Positions 9,319 to 19,431 of a stretch of 64,000 bases of DNA are shown here, one piece after another. Source of the DNA: an uncultured delta proteobacterium (GTDB lineage: Bacteria > Desulfobacterota > Desulfobacteria > Desulfobacterales > UBA11574); NCBI GenBank assembly GCA_963790095.1, contig CAWBNO010000034.1, forward strand, positions 180,681 through 244,680. The letters run 5' to 3'. The notes below the pieces were generated by a model that saw only the letters and a list, made by a program, of their open reading frames with translations, searched no databases and had not been told where the DNA came from. How positions within the stretch are numbered: the stretch's first letter is position 1; the number at the start of each line of letters is the position of its first letter. The position numbers were made by a program, and so were the translations under genes.

Positions 9319-10383
9319 ATGTTCCGATTTAAAATAAAAAAAAGACAGGATCCCCTGGTATGGAGCTCCTGTCTTGTTTTTTTCGGGGCCCTCTCCCTCT
9401 CCCTAGGCATCAGCGCCATCATGCTGGCCTTACAGAACAAACCCCCTTTGACGGCCATCGTTCTTTTGTTCAACGGGGCCTTCGGATCCCTGGTGGCCAT
9501 ACAAGACTGCCTGATCAAGGCGGTGCCCATTTTTCTCTGTTCCCTGGGCGTGGCCGTTGCTTTCCGTCTCCAGATCTGGAATATCGGCGCTGAGGGACAA
9601 TTTGCCTTGGGCGCCATCGGGGCCACCTGGGTCGCCCTTCGATTCCCCGATCTTCCCTGGTTTGTCGTGCTTCCCGGGATGCTGGTAATGGCGTTCATTG
9701 CCGGCGGCCTATGGGGCTTCATTCCAGCGGTTCTGAAACTTTACATGGGGGCCAATGAAATTATCGTGACCCTCATGTTCAACTATTTGGCAATACTATT
9801 TCTCGATTATCTGGTTTACGGTCCATGGAAAGACCCGGTAAGCTTTGGATTTCCCATGACACGGGAGTTTTCGGCCTCAGCAATTGTGGGAAAAATCGGC
9901 CATACCCAGTTAAACTGGGGGATCGTTCTTTGCATTTTTTTCGGTGTGGCCATCTGGATTTTTTTTAAATATACCCGCCTGGGCTATGAACTCAAGGCCA
10001 GCGGTGAAAATATCAAGGCCGCAAGATATGCCGGCCTGCCCTACCATGGACTGGTAATGTTGGTCTTGTTTCTGAGCGGCGCTCTGGCCGGATGCGCCGG
10101 ATTTTTGGAAGCCTCTTCGACCATCAATCGTCTTCAACCCAGTATCGTTGTGGGATATGGGTATACGGCAATTGTCGTGGCCTGGCTGGCCAGGCTGAAT
10201 CCCGTCTCCATCGGGATCGCCTCGTTTCTTCTGGCCGGACTGAGAGTCGGCCTGGAAAATCTCCAGCTCGATCTTCAAGTGCCTGCAGCCTTTGGCGGAA
10301 TCATGGAAGGTATTATATTGTTGACCGTTCTGGCCGGAGGTTTCTTTATCGATTACCGTATTTCTTTGGGGAAGAAATCATGA
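9319..10383 (+). CDS. ABC transporter permease (BMP/nucleoside system, first permease)
   Basis: ORF 9280..10383 with a likely ATG at 9319. Polytopic membrane protein with WNIGAEGQF and other motifs of the sugar/nucleoside permease family. Confidence 0.85.
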   Translation: MFRFKIKKRQDPLVWSSCLVFFGALSLSLGISAIMLALQNKPPLTAIVLLFNGAFGSLVAIQDCLIKAVPIFLCSLGVAVAFRLQIWNIGAEGQFALGAIGATWVALRFPDLPWFVVLPGMLVMAFIAGGLWGFIPAVLKLYMGANEIIVTLMFNYLAILFLDYLVYGPWKDPVSFGFPMTREFSASAIVGKIGHTQLNWGIVLCIFFGVAIWIFFKYTRLGYELKASGENIKAARYAGLPYHGLVMLVLFLSGALAGCAGFLEASSTINRLQPSIVVGYGYTAIVVAWLARLNPVSIGIASFLLAGLRVGLENLQLDLQVPAAFGGIMEGIILLTVLAGGFFIDYRISLGKKS

Positions 10384-11300
10384 ACCTCGAAATCCTGATT
10401 CCGCTGCTTGCCGCTGCTGTACAGTCCGGGACTCCGATTCTGTATGCCACACTGGGTGAAATATTTACCGAAAAATCAGGCATTCTCAATTTGGGTGTCG
10501 AGGGGATTATGATGTTTGGCGCTCTGGCGGCCTTTGTTTCAGCCAAATTTTTCGGCAATCCGATTTTGGCCTTTTTAATCGGCGGCGGTGCCGGTGCATT
10601 TCTGGCGGGGACACATGGACTGGTCTGTATGAACTTTCAGGGCAACCAGGTGGTTTCCGGACTGGCATTGACGATTCTTGGCGTGGGCCTGGCCAACTAT
10701 CTGGGCACCCCCTTTATCGGGCAGGCAGCCCCTGGATTTTCACCCATGCCCTTTCCGGTGCTGTCTAAAATTCCAATTCTGGGCCCTGTTTTTTTTAACC
10801 ACGATCCCTTGGTTTACACGACCTATCTCATCCCGCCGGCCATGTGGGCTTTTTTTCGATATACCCGCTGGGGACTGGGAATGCGTGCTGTTGGTGAATA
10901 TCCCCAGGCAGCATCGGCAGGCGGTCTCAGAGTGACCGGTTACCGGTGGGCCGGTGTCCTTGTTGGGGGTTGTCTGGTGGGGTTCGGCGGCGCATATCTT
11001 TCTCTGGCATACACCCATTTGTGGACCAATGGTCTGTCGGCCGGTCGCGGGTGGATCGCCATTGCTCTGGTCATCTTTTCTTTCTGGCATCCGGGCCGAG
11101 CCGTTATTGGGGCGTATCTTTTTGGCGGCGTTATGGCCCTTCAGCTGAGACTCCAGGCGTCCGGCACGCATATTCCTTCTTCGCTGTTGCTGATGCTCCC
11201 GTATGCCCTTACGGTTTTCGTCCTGGTACTTTCTTCCTGGAAACGCCAAGGAACTGGCGTACCGTCGGCATTGGGCGTCAATATAGAGCCTTCGGAATAG
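10380..11300 (+). CDS. ABC transporter permease (BMP/nucleoside system, second permease)
   Basis: ORF 10092..11300. The likely start ATG 10380 (MNLEILIPLLAAAVQSGTPILYATLGE) overlaps the upstream stop (ATGA), suggesting translational coupling. Confidence 0.85.
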   Translation: MNLEILIPLLAAAVQSGTPILYATLGEIFTEKSGILNLGVEGIMMFGALAAFVSAKFFGNPILAFLIGGGAGAFLAGTHGLVCMNFQGNQVVSGLALTILGVGLANYLGTPFIGQAAPGFSPMPFPVLSKIPILGPVFFNHDPLVYTTYLIPPAMWAFFRYTRWGLGMRAVGEYPQAASAGGLRVTGYRWAGVLVGGCLVGFGGAYLSLAYTHLWTNGLSAGRGWIAIALVIFSFWHPGRAVIGAYLFGGVMALQLRLQASGTHIPSSLLLMLPYALTVFVLVLSSWKRQGTGVPSALGVNIEPSE

Positions 11301-11367
11301 ATCCCTAATGGATCGTAAACAATATTATGAGTGCGAACCTTCGAGATAGAAAGGACGTATTTTACCG

Positions 11368-11862
11368 ATGAATCAGACGTACACAAAAACGTACCCCATA
11401 TCCTGGGATCAGCTTCACCGAGATTCCCGGGCCCTGGCCTGGCGTCTCCTGGACATGAATTTTTTCAGGGGCATCGTCGCCGTCACCCGGGGTGGCATGG
11501 TCCCTGCGGCGATTGTTGCCCGGGAACTCGATATCCACATGGTGGACACGGTCTGCGTAACCAGTTACGACTGGCAGGACCAGCAGGGAGAAATCCAAAT
11601 TCTCAAGCCGATATCGGGGGATGACGAGGGCTGGTTGATTATCGACGATCTGGTGGATACGGGGAGAACCGCTCAGATTGTCAGAGAGTTGCTCCCCAAG
11701 GCCCATTTTGCCACCGTTTATGCCAAACCCGCCGGAAAGCCCATGGTGGATACCTTTATCACAGAGGTGAGTCAGGACACCTGGATTCTCTTTCCCTGGG
11801 ATTCGGAATCACAATTTGTTCAACCCCTATCGGCAAAAGACAGGAATCTTCATGGTCGATAA
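11368..11862 (+). CDS. gpt: Xanthine-guanine phosphoribosyltransferase
   Basis: 164 aa, collinear with E. coli Gpt as I remember it: [40 protein letters not shown], and the PRPP loop [13 protein letters not shown]. Confidence 0.9.
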   Translation: MNQTYTKTYPISWDQLHRDSRALAWRLLDMNFFRGIVAVTRGGMVPAAIVARELDIHMVDTVCVTSYDWQDQQGEIQILKPISGDDEGWLIIDDLVDTGRTAQIVRELLPKAHFATVYAKPAGKPMVDTFITEVSQDTWILFPWDSESQFVQPLSAKDRNLHGR

Positions 11863-13348
11863 CACCCCATCGCATATCCGGCTCGAAAATATCAGCAAAT
11901 CCTTCGGGTCCGTGCATGCCAACCGGAACATCAATCTGGACATCCATTCAGGGAAAATTAAGGCCCTGCTGGGTGAAAACGGCGCCGGAAAGAGTACGCT
12001 GATGAGCATTCTCGCCGGTCAACTCCAGCCGGACAGCGGAAGAATTTTAATCGATGGGCAACCGGTGGCCTTTCCTTCCACCAAAGACGGTATCGAGGCC
12101 GGAATCGGAATGGTCTACCAGCACTTCATGTTGGTGGATGCCATGACGGTGGCTGAAAATATTCTTCTGGGTCAAGACGAACGATTCTTTCTGAATCCCA
12201 AAAAAATGAACCGCCTCGTCAAGGAGTTGGCCGATCGCTATGAGCTCGATATCAATCCGTCCGCCCGAACATCCAATTTGTCCATGGGCGAGAAACAACG
12301 GGTCGAAATTCTAAAGCTGTTGCACCGCCAGAGTCGATTCCTCATTTTTGACGAACCCACCGCCGTTCTGACACCCCAGGAAACCGCCCATCTTTTTGAT
12401 GCACTCAGACAGATGGCCCATCAGGGGAAGGCCATTGTTTTTATCAGCCACAAACTCGATGAAGTTCTGGAAATCGCCGATGAGATCGCCGTGTTGCGCC
12501 ATGGGCAGGTGGTCGACACCCTGGATGCCGCGGATGTCAGCTCCAAATCTGAACTGGCCCGGCTCATGGTGGGGCGGGAAATCCTGTTGCAAATCGAAAA
12601 ACAACCCCTGGAGCCGAAGCAGAGGGTCCTCAGGGTCCAAGGCCTCTGCAACAATTTTTTAAAAGACGTCAACCTTGAAGTTCGACAGGGTGAGATATTG
12701 GGAATCGTGGGTGTTTCCGGAAACGGTCAAAAACCTCTGGTGGAAACCATCTGTGGCCTTCAACCCCCTGAAACGGGTGATGTGTCCATTCTTGGCCAGC
12801 CCTGGAATCGTTTTTTTGCCCAAAGACCCTGGGAGGACGGGTTGTCTTATATCCCCGAAGATCGTCAGGGACTGGCGGTGTGCATGGGTCTCGACCTGGT
12901 GGACAACTTCCTTCTGACCACCCGGGAAGGTTTTTCATCGGGCCCGTGGTTGAGCAAGCACGCGGCAGAGAAAAAGGCAAAAGGACTCATAGAATCATTC
13001 GGCGTCAAACCCGGAAATGTTCGCGCACTGGCACGTCAGCTCTCCGGCGGCAATCTCCAGAAAATGGTTCTGGCCCGTGAATTTTACCGCAAGCCGCGCC
13101 TGATTGTGGCGGAACAACCCACCCAGGGTTTGGATATCGCTGCAACGGAAGATGTTTGGAATTTACTGCTCAAGGCACGGGAAAAAACAGGGATACTTCT
13201 GATTACCGGAGATCTTTCGGAAGCCTTGACCCTATCGGACAGAATCGCGGTGATGTTCGGAGGCCGGATTATGGACACGTTCAGTACGTCCGATACGGAA
13301 AAGATCGATCAAATCGGGTTGATGATGGCCGGTGTTGCCCCGGCTTGA
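11852..13348 (+). CDS. ABC transporter ATP-binding protein, duplicated ATPase (BMP/nucleoside system)
   Basis: ORF 11816..13348 with a likely ATG at 11852. The first half has Walker [10 protein letters not shown], signature LSMGEKQR and Walker B LIFDEPT. The second half is degenerate ([23 protein letters not shown]). Confidence 0.9.
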   Translation: MVDNTPSHIRLENISKSFGSVHANRNINLDIHSGKIKALLGENGAGKSTLMSILAGQLQPDSGRILIDGQPVAFPSTKDGIEAGIGMVYQHFMLVDAMTVAENILLGQDERFFLNPKKMNRLVKELADRYELDINPSARTSNLSMGEKQRVEILKLLHRQSRFLIFDEPTAVLTPQETAHLFDALRQMAHQGKAIVFISHKLDEVLEIADEIAVLRHGQVVDTLDAADVSSKSELARLMVGREILLQIEKQPLEPKQRVLRVQGLCNNFLKDVNLEVRQGEILGIVGVSGNGQKPLVETICGLQPPETGDVSILGQPWNRFFAQRPWEDGLSYIPEDRQGLAVCMGLDLVDNFLLTTREGFSSGPWLSKHAAEKKAKGLIESFGVKPGNVRALARQLSGGNLQKMVLAREFYRKPRLIVAEQPTQGLDIAATEDVWNLLLKAREKTGILLITGDLSEALTLSDRIAVMFGGRIMDTFSTSDTEKIDQIGLMMAGVAPA

Positions 13349-13520
13349 TCCCCTCCCCCGTAGATTTCATCCCTTCTTTTCTTCTAACCGTCTCACCTTT
13401 TTAATCTCTATCCTTACCCCATATCCTCAATCCTCGATTCCCCGGGGAATTCCTCTTATCCCTATCTCTATTCCCTTGCCTCACTCTCACCTTCTTAACT
13501 TCCCACCTTCCCACACCATC
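13349..13520. repeat. G-depleted polypyrimidine (plus strand) / polypurine (minus strand) tract
   Basis: A hand count over 13351-13520 gives 37 purines in 170 nt, of which only 9 are G. Four of those G lie in the single CCCGGGG palindrome. The minus strand is rich in GGA/AGG motifs. Confidence 0.8.
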
Positions 13521-14043
13521 AGGATGACCTTTTGCCGGTGGAAAGCCCTTCAAGATCCAGCTCTCCCTGGGATTTAAAGGGAAGTTTCCAGGGCATTGTC
13601 GCATCGCCCCCAATGCTGAGTCTTCCGGAGATTTTATAATTCATCTTTCGGGGGATCTGATCTGACTGGGCGCTTCTAATCATATCCAACATGGACGACA
13701 CCATTCCCAGCATGGACGAATAGACCGTCATCCGCACCAGTTCTGTACCGAATGCCGGAACTTTGGTCTGGGTTGCAGAAACGCCTTTTGCCAACTTATT
13801 TCCGTTAATTTCCAATTCACACTCAATTCCCCTGATTTCAAGGGGAACATCATTGGTGTTGAACACCCGGAGGGCCAGTTCAAAAGTGGTTTCAAACGCC
13901 TTGGCTTCCTGTAAGGAAATATTTGCCAAAGAAATTTCCGGAGACTCCAGCCGCCGGCCGAATCCCGCACATCCATCCAAGATCATCAGGCCAGCAACGA
14001 CGACCATGCACAAGAGTGGGATCGGAAGGAATTTGATACGCAT
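13519..14043 (-). CDS. LEA type-2 (Water stress/hypersensitive response, LEA14-like) domain lipoprotein
   Basis: ORF 13519..14127 with a likely start at 14043 (MRIKFLPIPLLCMVVVAGLMILDGCAG, lipobox-like LDGC). The FETTFELALRVFNTNDVPLEIRGIECELEINGNKLAKG pattern matches LEA_2. Confidence 0.55.
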   Translation of the reverse strand: MRIKFLPIPLLCMVVVAGLMILDGCAGFGRRLESPEISLANISLQEAKAFETTFELALRVFNTNDVPLEIRGIECELEINGNKLAKGVSATQTKVPAFGTELVRMTVYSSMLGMVSSMLDMIRSAQSDQIPRKMNYKISGRLSIGGDATMPWKLPFKSQGELDLEGLSTGKRSS

Positions 14044-14198
14044 CGGTGATCTCCTGTTATTTGAAAAAATCGTTTCACTTCCGGCAATGCCGGACATCTG
14101 TCCTGCATTATTTTGCAGTCCACCCATAAGAAAAGTTTTTTTGTTTTAAAATGGCTTCCAAACTCTTTTGGAAATGATATTTATTGGGTCCGGATTCT

Positions 14199-15068
14199 TT
14201 ACCTTTTCGCTACGATATCCATCAGGTATCGCCCATAATCGTTTTTAATCATATCAGATGCCAGTCTTTCGACGTCTTCCCTGCTGATGTACCCCAGACG
14301 ATAGGCGATCTCCTCGATGCATGAAATCTTCAGCCCCTGCCGTATCTGAATCGCCTGGACATAGCTGGCCGCTTGCTGGAGGGCTTCATGGGTCCCGGTG
14401 TCAAGCCAGGCAAAACCCCTTCCCAAAAGCTCCACCCGGAGTTCACCCCGGCGCAGATACGCCATATTAACCGCTGTAATTTCGAGTTCTCCACGGGCAG
14501 ACGGCTTTAGATCGGCGGCGATGTTGACCACATCGTTGTCATAAAAGTAGAGACCGGGGACCGCATAGTTCGATTTGGGCTTTTTCGGTTTTTCTTCGAT
14601 ACTTGTGACGTTGCCGTCGGAATCGAACTCCACCACGCCGTACCGCTCCGGGTCCCGGACAAAATATCCGAAAATAATACCTCCCTTCTCCAACAAAACG
14701 GCCCGCTGCAGGGTGTCGGTGAGATGGTGACCATAAAATATATTGTCCCCTAAAATCAAACACACCGAATCCATTCCAATAAACGATTTTCCGATAGAAA
14801 AGGCTTGGGCCAGCCCTTCCGGTCTCGGCTGTACTTCATAGGAGAACGATAGGCCCAATTGAGTGCCGTCACCGAGCAGGTCTCTGAACTTTGGCAAATC
14901 TTCAGGGGTAGAAATAATTAATATTTCTCTAATCTTTGCCAGCATTAGAACAGACAACGGATAATAGATCATCGGTTTGTCATAAACCGGCAGCAATTGC
15001 TTGCTCACCGTCCGGGTAATTGGATAGAGTCGGGTTCCTGACCCCCCCGCCAAAATAATTCCTTTCAT
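14199..15068 (-). CDS. rfbA: Glucose-1-phosphate thymidylyltransferase
   Basis: 289 aa with [26 protein letters not shown] and YFYD, the canonical RmlA pattern. Confidence 0.93.
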   Translation of the reverse strand: MKGIILAGGSGTRLYPITRTVSKQLLPVYDKPMIYYPLSVLMLAKIREILIISTPEDLPKFRDLLGDGTQLGLSFSYEVQPRPEGLAQAFSIGKSFIGMDSVCLILGDNIFYGHHLTDTLQRAVLLEKGGIIFGYFVRDPERYGVVEFDSDGNVTSIEEKPKKPKSNYAVPGLYFYDNDVVNIAADLKPSARGELEITAVNMAYLRRGELRVELLGRGFAWLDTGTHEALQQAASYVQAIQIRQGLKISCIEEIAYRLGYISREDVERLASDMIKNDYGRYLMDIVAKR

Positions 15069-15164
15069 CGCAACCTTTTCCCCTTCGAAAATCGTTAAAG
15101 GATCATTTGTTTCAATACATTTTATGGTCAGTTTTGAACCGCCTTGTACCGTCTTTACAATTAC

Positions 15165-16049
15165 TCAAACATTCGACAGGGCCTCAACTATTAAACGGTC
15201 ATGATATTTTGAAACAAATCGGTCCAGATCGTCCTGCCAGTGTCTCATTATATTCATTTTCTTATTTTTAAGATGCCGATTTTCCAGGATGGAATTTTTT
15301 GGCCGGGCCGCCGGTGTCGGATATTCCTCAGTGGCGCACGGCACCAAGGTATGGGGCACGCCCATTTTTTCAAGAAAACATTCGGCCAGCTCATACCATG
15401 TACAGTGGCCTTCGGAAGTGCCGTGAAAGGTTCCCTGTTCGTTCATGTCCACCAGTCGTGAAATTTGCTGGGCCAGGCGATAGGACCACGTCGGTGAACC
15501 GTATTGGTCGTCCACGACCCTGATTTCTTTGCCGGGATTCTTCAAAGCTAGCTTGAGCATCGTCTTTAGAAAATTGTGTCCTTTGAATCCATAGAGCCAC
15601 GACGTTCTGACAATCATATGTTCGTGGAGGGCACGTCTGACCGCTTTTTCCCCTTCGTTTTTGGTGATCCCGTAATAATTAATGGGGTTGGGCGCATCCT
15701 CTTCCACATAGGGCTGGGGTATTTTTTTTCTGCCGTCAAAAACATAATCGGTGGAGATATGGATGAACCGGCCGCCGCATTTCCCGACGCTCTGTGCCAG
15801 GTTTTTCGGACCCATGACATTGACCCTCCAGGCCAGTTCCTTTTCGGTTTCACAGTTGTCCACCATGGTATAGGCCGCACAGTTGAGGATCACATGGGGG
15901 GAAAAATCTTTCACCATCCTTTGGACTTCCGACAGGTTCGTGATATCGAGTTCTTCCAGGTCTATTCCCAGGATTTCATGATTCGTGCCGAGGACAATTT
16001 CAGAATCGCTGCCCAATTGTCCCTTGTTTCCAGCAATCATGATTTTCAT
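15165..16049 (-). CDS. rfbD: dTDP-4-dehydrorhamnose reductase
   Basis: 294 aa with MKIMIAGNKGQLG (Rossmann fold), NCAAYTMVDNCE, STDYVFDG and GSPT. Confidence 0.9.
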   Translation of the reverse strand: MKIMIAGNKGQLGSDSEIVLGTNHEILGIDLEELDITNLSEVQRMVKDFSPHVILNCAAYTMVDNCETEKELAWRVNVMGPKNLAQSVGKCGGRFIHISTDYVFDGRKKIPQPYVEEDAPNPINYYGITKNEGEKAVRRALHEHMIVRTSWLYGFKGHNFLKTMLKLALKNPGKEIRVVDDQYGSPTWSYRLAQQISRLVDMNEQGTFHGTSEGHCTWYELAECFLEKMGVPHTLVPCATEEYPTPAARPKNSILENRHLKNKKMNIMRHWQDDLDRFVSKYHDRLIVEALSNV

Positions 16050-16713
16050 ATATTTTACCTCCGGCGGTTTTTAAAGGACATCCGGAATTCATCCCCGAAT
16101 TTTTTTCCGATTCCAACACGGATATTTTGCCCGGAATTTCTAAGTTTTTATGTTTGTTTTTCTTTGGTGACGAATTGTGAAAAACACGTCCGTTCCATTG
16201 ATGGCCGCCATAGCCGTGTGAAAGTGGTCTATCTTTTCAAAAAGAATGTTCTCGGAAAGGAAAAAAACTTTCTGGCCGTCTCAATCGCCAGACGATTATG
16301 TGCATCTATTTTTCTTCTATCTTCCTGCAAACCTGTACCACAGTAAATATCCCCGAGCAAGAATTTTACCTCTGAAAAAATCAACTCCTTTCTGGATGCT
16401 TCGGATGATTTAAACCATAGGCCCCTTAAAAAAAAGCGTCGGCGTTTCCAAAAGTCGAACTGGATTTGATTTTTCCAGGCGGATAAAAAATTTTTCGGAT
16501 CCAATCAGATAAGCTTGTCAAAAATATTCAAGAAAAACAGAATAATATGTCAAAACAAACCTTGACAAACGCTGTTCTAACGGAGAATATTAAGTTTTAC
16601 CGTCCATGGACCTTCCCATATCAATTTTCAACGCAATTTAAAAATGACCACGAGCCTTAAGGAAAAAGTAAAAGGCGCACGGGATATTGAAAACACAATA
16701 AAAAGAAAAACCC

Positions 16714-17394
16714 ATGTGTGGAAGATTCGTTCAAAACAGTTTGTTATACACCCTCCTGCAAGTTTTCGACGCAGAGACGGCATTGCTTGACCGGGTCCCG
16801 AACTATAATGTGGCGCCCACCCAAAAAATTCTTTCCATTGTCAGACATGGGCATAAGAACAAGCTGGAGACGCTTCATTGGGGCCTGGTGCCGTTTTGGG
16901 CAAAGGACATTTCCATGGGCGCCGGAATGATCAATGCACGGGCCGAGACAGTTGCGGAAAAGCCCAGTTTTCGGAATGCATTCAAAAAACGTCGTTGCCT
17001 GATCCCTGCAGACGGTTTTTATGAATGGAAAGGTAAAAAAGGAAACAAGCAGCCCTACTATATTACCGGGCCTTCGGATGGACCCTTTGCCTTTGCCGGC
17101 CTGTGGGAAGAATGGACCGACAAAAAATCCGACGACGACTTCGTGTACACATCCTGCACCATCATCACCACCCCGTCAAGGGGATCTCTTCGTGAAATTC
17201 ACCATCGAATGCCGGTCGTCCTGTCATCGGGATTCCATGAAAAATGGTTGAATACCGATGCACAAGATCCCAAAACCTTAAAGATCATTCTCCAAGAAGG
17301 CATGGTCCATGATTTTAAATATCATCCGGTATCAAAACGCGTCAACGCCGTTAAAAAAAACGATCCGAGCTGTATCGAGCCCATATCTGTTTGA
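16714..17394 (+). CDS. SOS response-associated peptidase (SRAP/YedK family, abasic-site processing)
   Basis: 226 aa. Contains the N-terminal MCGRF catalytic Cys2, NVAPTQ, WGLVPFWAKD, INARAET and ADGFYEW. Confidence 0.88.
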   Translation: MCGRFVQNSLLYTLLQVFDAETALLDRVPNYNVAPTQKILSIVRHGHKNKLETLHWGLVPFWAKDISMGAGMINARAETVAEKPSFRNAFKKRRCLIPADGFYEWKGKKGNKQPYYITGPSDGPFAFAGLWEEWTDKKSDDDFVYTSCTIITTPSRGSLREIHHRMPVVLSSGFHEKWLNTDAQDPKTLKIILQEGMVHDFKYHPVSKRVNAVKKNDPSCIEPISV

Positions 17395-17600
17395 AAGGCA
17401 TGCCCCGAATTCAGTAAATATCCGGGTCCAGACCGGTCACCAATACTCTATACTCAAAAGGCATTTTTGTAATGGTGCATAGATCATATCAAGATATGAG
17501 CAATGCGCACCAGGGCAGGCTTTAGCTCACTTTAAACTTTAGTTCACTTCAAACTTTTGCAGTGTTTCTCCAGGCTGAGCCGGAGAACTCTGACCTGTGA

Positions 17601-17765
17601 GAACCCGTGTACAGCCCGCCCGCAGGGAAGCTGGTGGGAGGCTTCGACCCCGTTGCAACGGATGCTTACGGTGCAGGACTTCTGTGGGTGGACTGGAAAG
17701 ATGTGGAGCATATCGTTCTGGCGCACACCGTGCTGGGTCGCGCCGACCGGAAGGCAGCCCTTTAG
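17601..17765 (+). pseudogene. Possible remnant of a DUF362-type gene (C-terminal ~54 codons only)
   Basis: This frame reads EPVYSPPAGKLVGGFDPVATDAYGAGLLWVDWKDVEHIVLAHTVLGRADRKAAL*. The G.DPVA.DA.G..L...D...V.HI.LA pattern resembles DUF362 C-termini (from memory). It is bounded upstream by a TGA with no start and is GC-richer than its surroundings. Confidence 0.3.
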
Positions 17766-17831
17766 AATTTTAACCCTCGCCGACCAGAGTTGAGTAAAAG
17801 CTCTCCAGTTTTTTGTAGGTTCCATGGAAAT

Positions 17832-18140
17832 CTACTTGACGACTTTCAGGACATTGGAATTTTGAAGCTTTTCCCACAGTTCTTTTATGATAACATAAGA
17901 CGCCTGCTCCGGACTGATTTCATTGACGCCGGCATAGGCGCCACATGACGCCAACAGTAATTCATTGCCCCAAAGCCGAAATTCGTTTCGAATATATATC
18001 CCATATGAGATGTTCAGGTTTATTAAATCGACTTCTGACATGTTGGCGATTTTAGTTTTATCCTTAAAGGACAGTTCAGACAAAAGTTTGTCCACCGCCT
18101 CATCTATATTACCGGGGAACAACGGCTTTGATTGATCCAT
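17832..18140 (-). CDS. Hypothetical protein
   Basis: 102-aa ORF with no motif I recognise. Coding-like composition; co-directional with the PilZ gene upstream. Confidence 0.5.
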   Translation of the reverse strand: MDQSKPLFPGNIDEAVDKLLSELSFKDKTKIANMSEVDLINLNISYGIYIRNEFRLWGNELLLASCGAYAGVNEISPEQASYVIIKELWEKLQNSNVLKVVK

Positions 18141-18235
18141 TTCTCGTATATTCCATCTGTACCTGTTTCAACAAGGAAAGTTCCCTTTTATAAAATGCCC
18201 TTTTCAACTCGAAAGTCAACTTCGAGATCGGCAGA

Positions 18236-18592
18236 CTATTCCAATCCCAACAATTTGCTGTACGTTTGTAACAGATTCATTACAAATGAATGGATTTTAT
18301 CATTGGTTTCAAGGAACTGAATTCCAGTTCGATACTTTTCAAAATCGTCTGCATGGCAATATATGACCTTGCCCTGGATACCGACCCATCGACCTTCAAT
18401 GTCGATGGTCAGTTGTAGGATATCTTCCCATTCAAGGGGATCGCTGGTTTCGATGAGGATTCCCCCCAGGCTTATATTGATCGCCTTTCCGCTTCCCGCC
18501 TTCATAGGGTTGCCCTGGTCATCTTTACAAACATAGGCGATGAGATTGCTGATCTCGACCCTCGGATGTTTTCTTCGTTCGATGAATGTCAA
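18236..18592 (-). CDS. PilZ domain protein (putative c-di-GMP receptor)
   Basis: 118 aa with RRKHPRVEI (the RxxxR element) and AINISLGGILIET (the D/NxSxxG element). Confidence 0.7.
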   Translation of the reverse strand: MTFIERRKHPRVEISNLIAYVCKDDQGNPMKAGSGKAINISLGGILIETSDPLEWEDILQLTIDIEGRWVGIQGKVIYCHADDFEKYRTGIQFLETNDKIHSFVMNLLQTYSKLLGLE

Positions 18593-18631
18593 ACCTAAAC
18601 GCCTCCTTGGGAAACTGTCGGTGCAGCTTTC

Positions 18632-18703
18632 TTTGATGAAGTCGCAAAAAGTCTTTTGTGAGCGACATCGAGCAAAATCAGACTCTTTACGAGTTCATCT
18701 TCT
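18632..18703. mobile_element. Foldback MITE-like repeat (TCGTAAAAAGTC family), short degenerate form
   Basis: TTTGATGAAGTCGCAAAAAGTCTTTTGTGAGCGACATCGAGCAAAATCAGACTCTTTACGAGTTCATCTTC. It has the same core as the 54428-54504 copy. Confidence 0.65.
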
Positions 18704-18787
18704 TTGAGCCCGGCTTTTTTTGCCGGAGTTTTCTCCAAATGGTTTTTCTCCAAATCTACGGTCTTGAACGATTCACTGTCAATATCT

Positions 18788-19177
18788 TTACAACTGTTGG
18801 TTTTCGAGGTTGTCCACCGCCTTCAACAGATTTTCAGTCTTATCTACCAGGGCCTTGAGGGCCTTGCGTATCGCTGCCAGGTCTTTTTTGAGGCCCATGT
18901 TCATTTGAGATTTATCCGTTGTAAGTTCAAGTTTTTTCTTGGGGGCAGGTAACCGTTTCACCCGGTATTCCAGTTTAAGGGCATCGCTTAGGGTCATCTC
19001 AGAACTAACTACCACCAATTCAATCGGCCTCCGGGAGCGTGTATATTTGGAACCTCTGCCTGAATTGTGCGCGGCCAATCGGTTTTTCAGATTATTGGTA
19101 ATTCCGCAGTACAAAGATTGATCGGAACACCGAATCAGATAAACAACCCATTGTCTCGAAAGTCGATTCCCCGGCAT
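18788..19177 (-). CDS. GIY-YIG nuclease family protein (YhbQ/UPF0213-like) with C-terminal coiled-coil tail
   Basis: VVYLIRCSDQSLYCGITNNLKNRLAAHNSGRGSKYTRSRRP...EYRVKRL matches the GIY-YIG core. A ~45-aa Lys/Leu-rich extension follows. Confidence 0.8.
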   Translation of the reverse strand: MPGNRLSRQWVVYLIRCSDQSLYCGITNNLKNRLAAHNSGRGSKYTRSRRPIELVVVSSEMTLSDALKLEYRVKRLPAPKKKLELTTDKSQMNMGLKKDLAAIRKALKALVDKTENLLKAVDNLENQQL

Positions 19178-19431
19178 GACTCAGTCCCTCGAATTTTTTT
19201 CTATTATGCCCCAATCTGGGTGAATGTCCCGTGAAATCCTTGCCCATGCTGTGGAAAAGTTGATTATGCTGAAAAATGGAACGCTCAATAATCCCATGGA
19301 CATTTTTGACCTGATTTATCATACAGCGCCATCGATTCTTTTGACGATAAAAATTTTCAGAGACCGTTCAAAGAAATGAACCCCCGGACAAGAATTTTTG
19401 ACCCAAGTTGAGCGATTGTCGAGTTTGCCGA

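Noticed and set aside
13401-13613. 70-aa ORF on the minus strand across the polypurine tract
   Set aside because: The translation is a G/R/K/E low-complexity string dictated by the purine bias. It overlaps the 3' end of the LEA_2 gene and has no RBS.
15576-16346. Long ORFs antisense to well-supported genes. Examples are 15576..16346, 9009..9722, 10740..11249, 27007..27690, 34678..35250, 55579..56175, 57543..58112, 32010..32678 and 39765..40367.
   Set aside because: Each lies entirely opposite a gene with clear family motifs. The translations are low-complexity (R/G/P/H-rich) and lack starts with an RBS. These are typical shadow ORFs of GC-rich coding regions.
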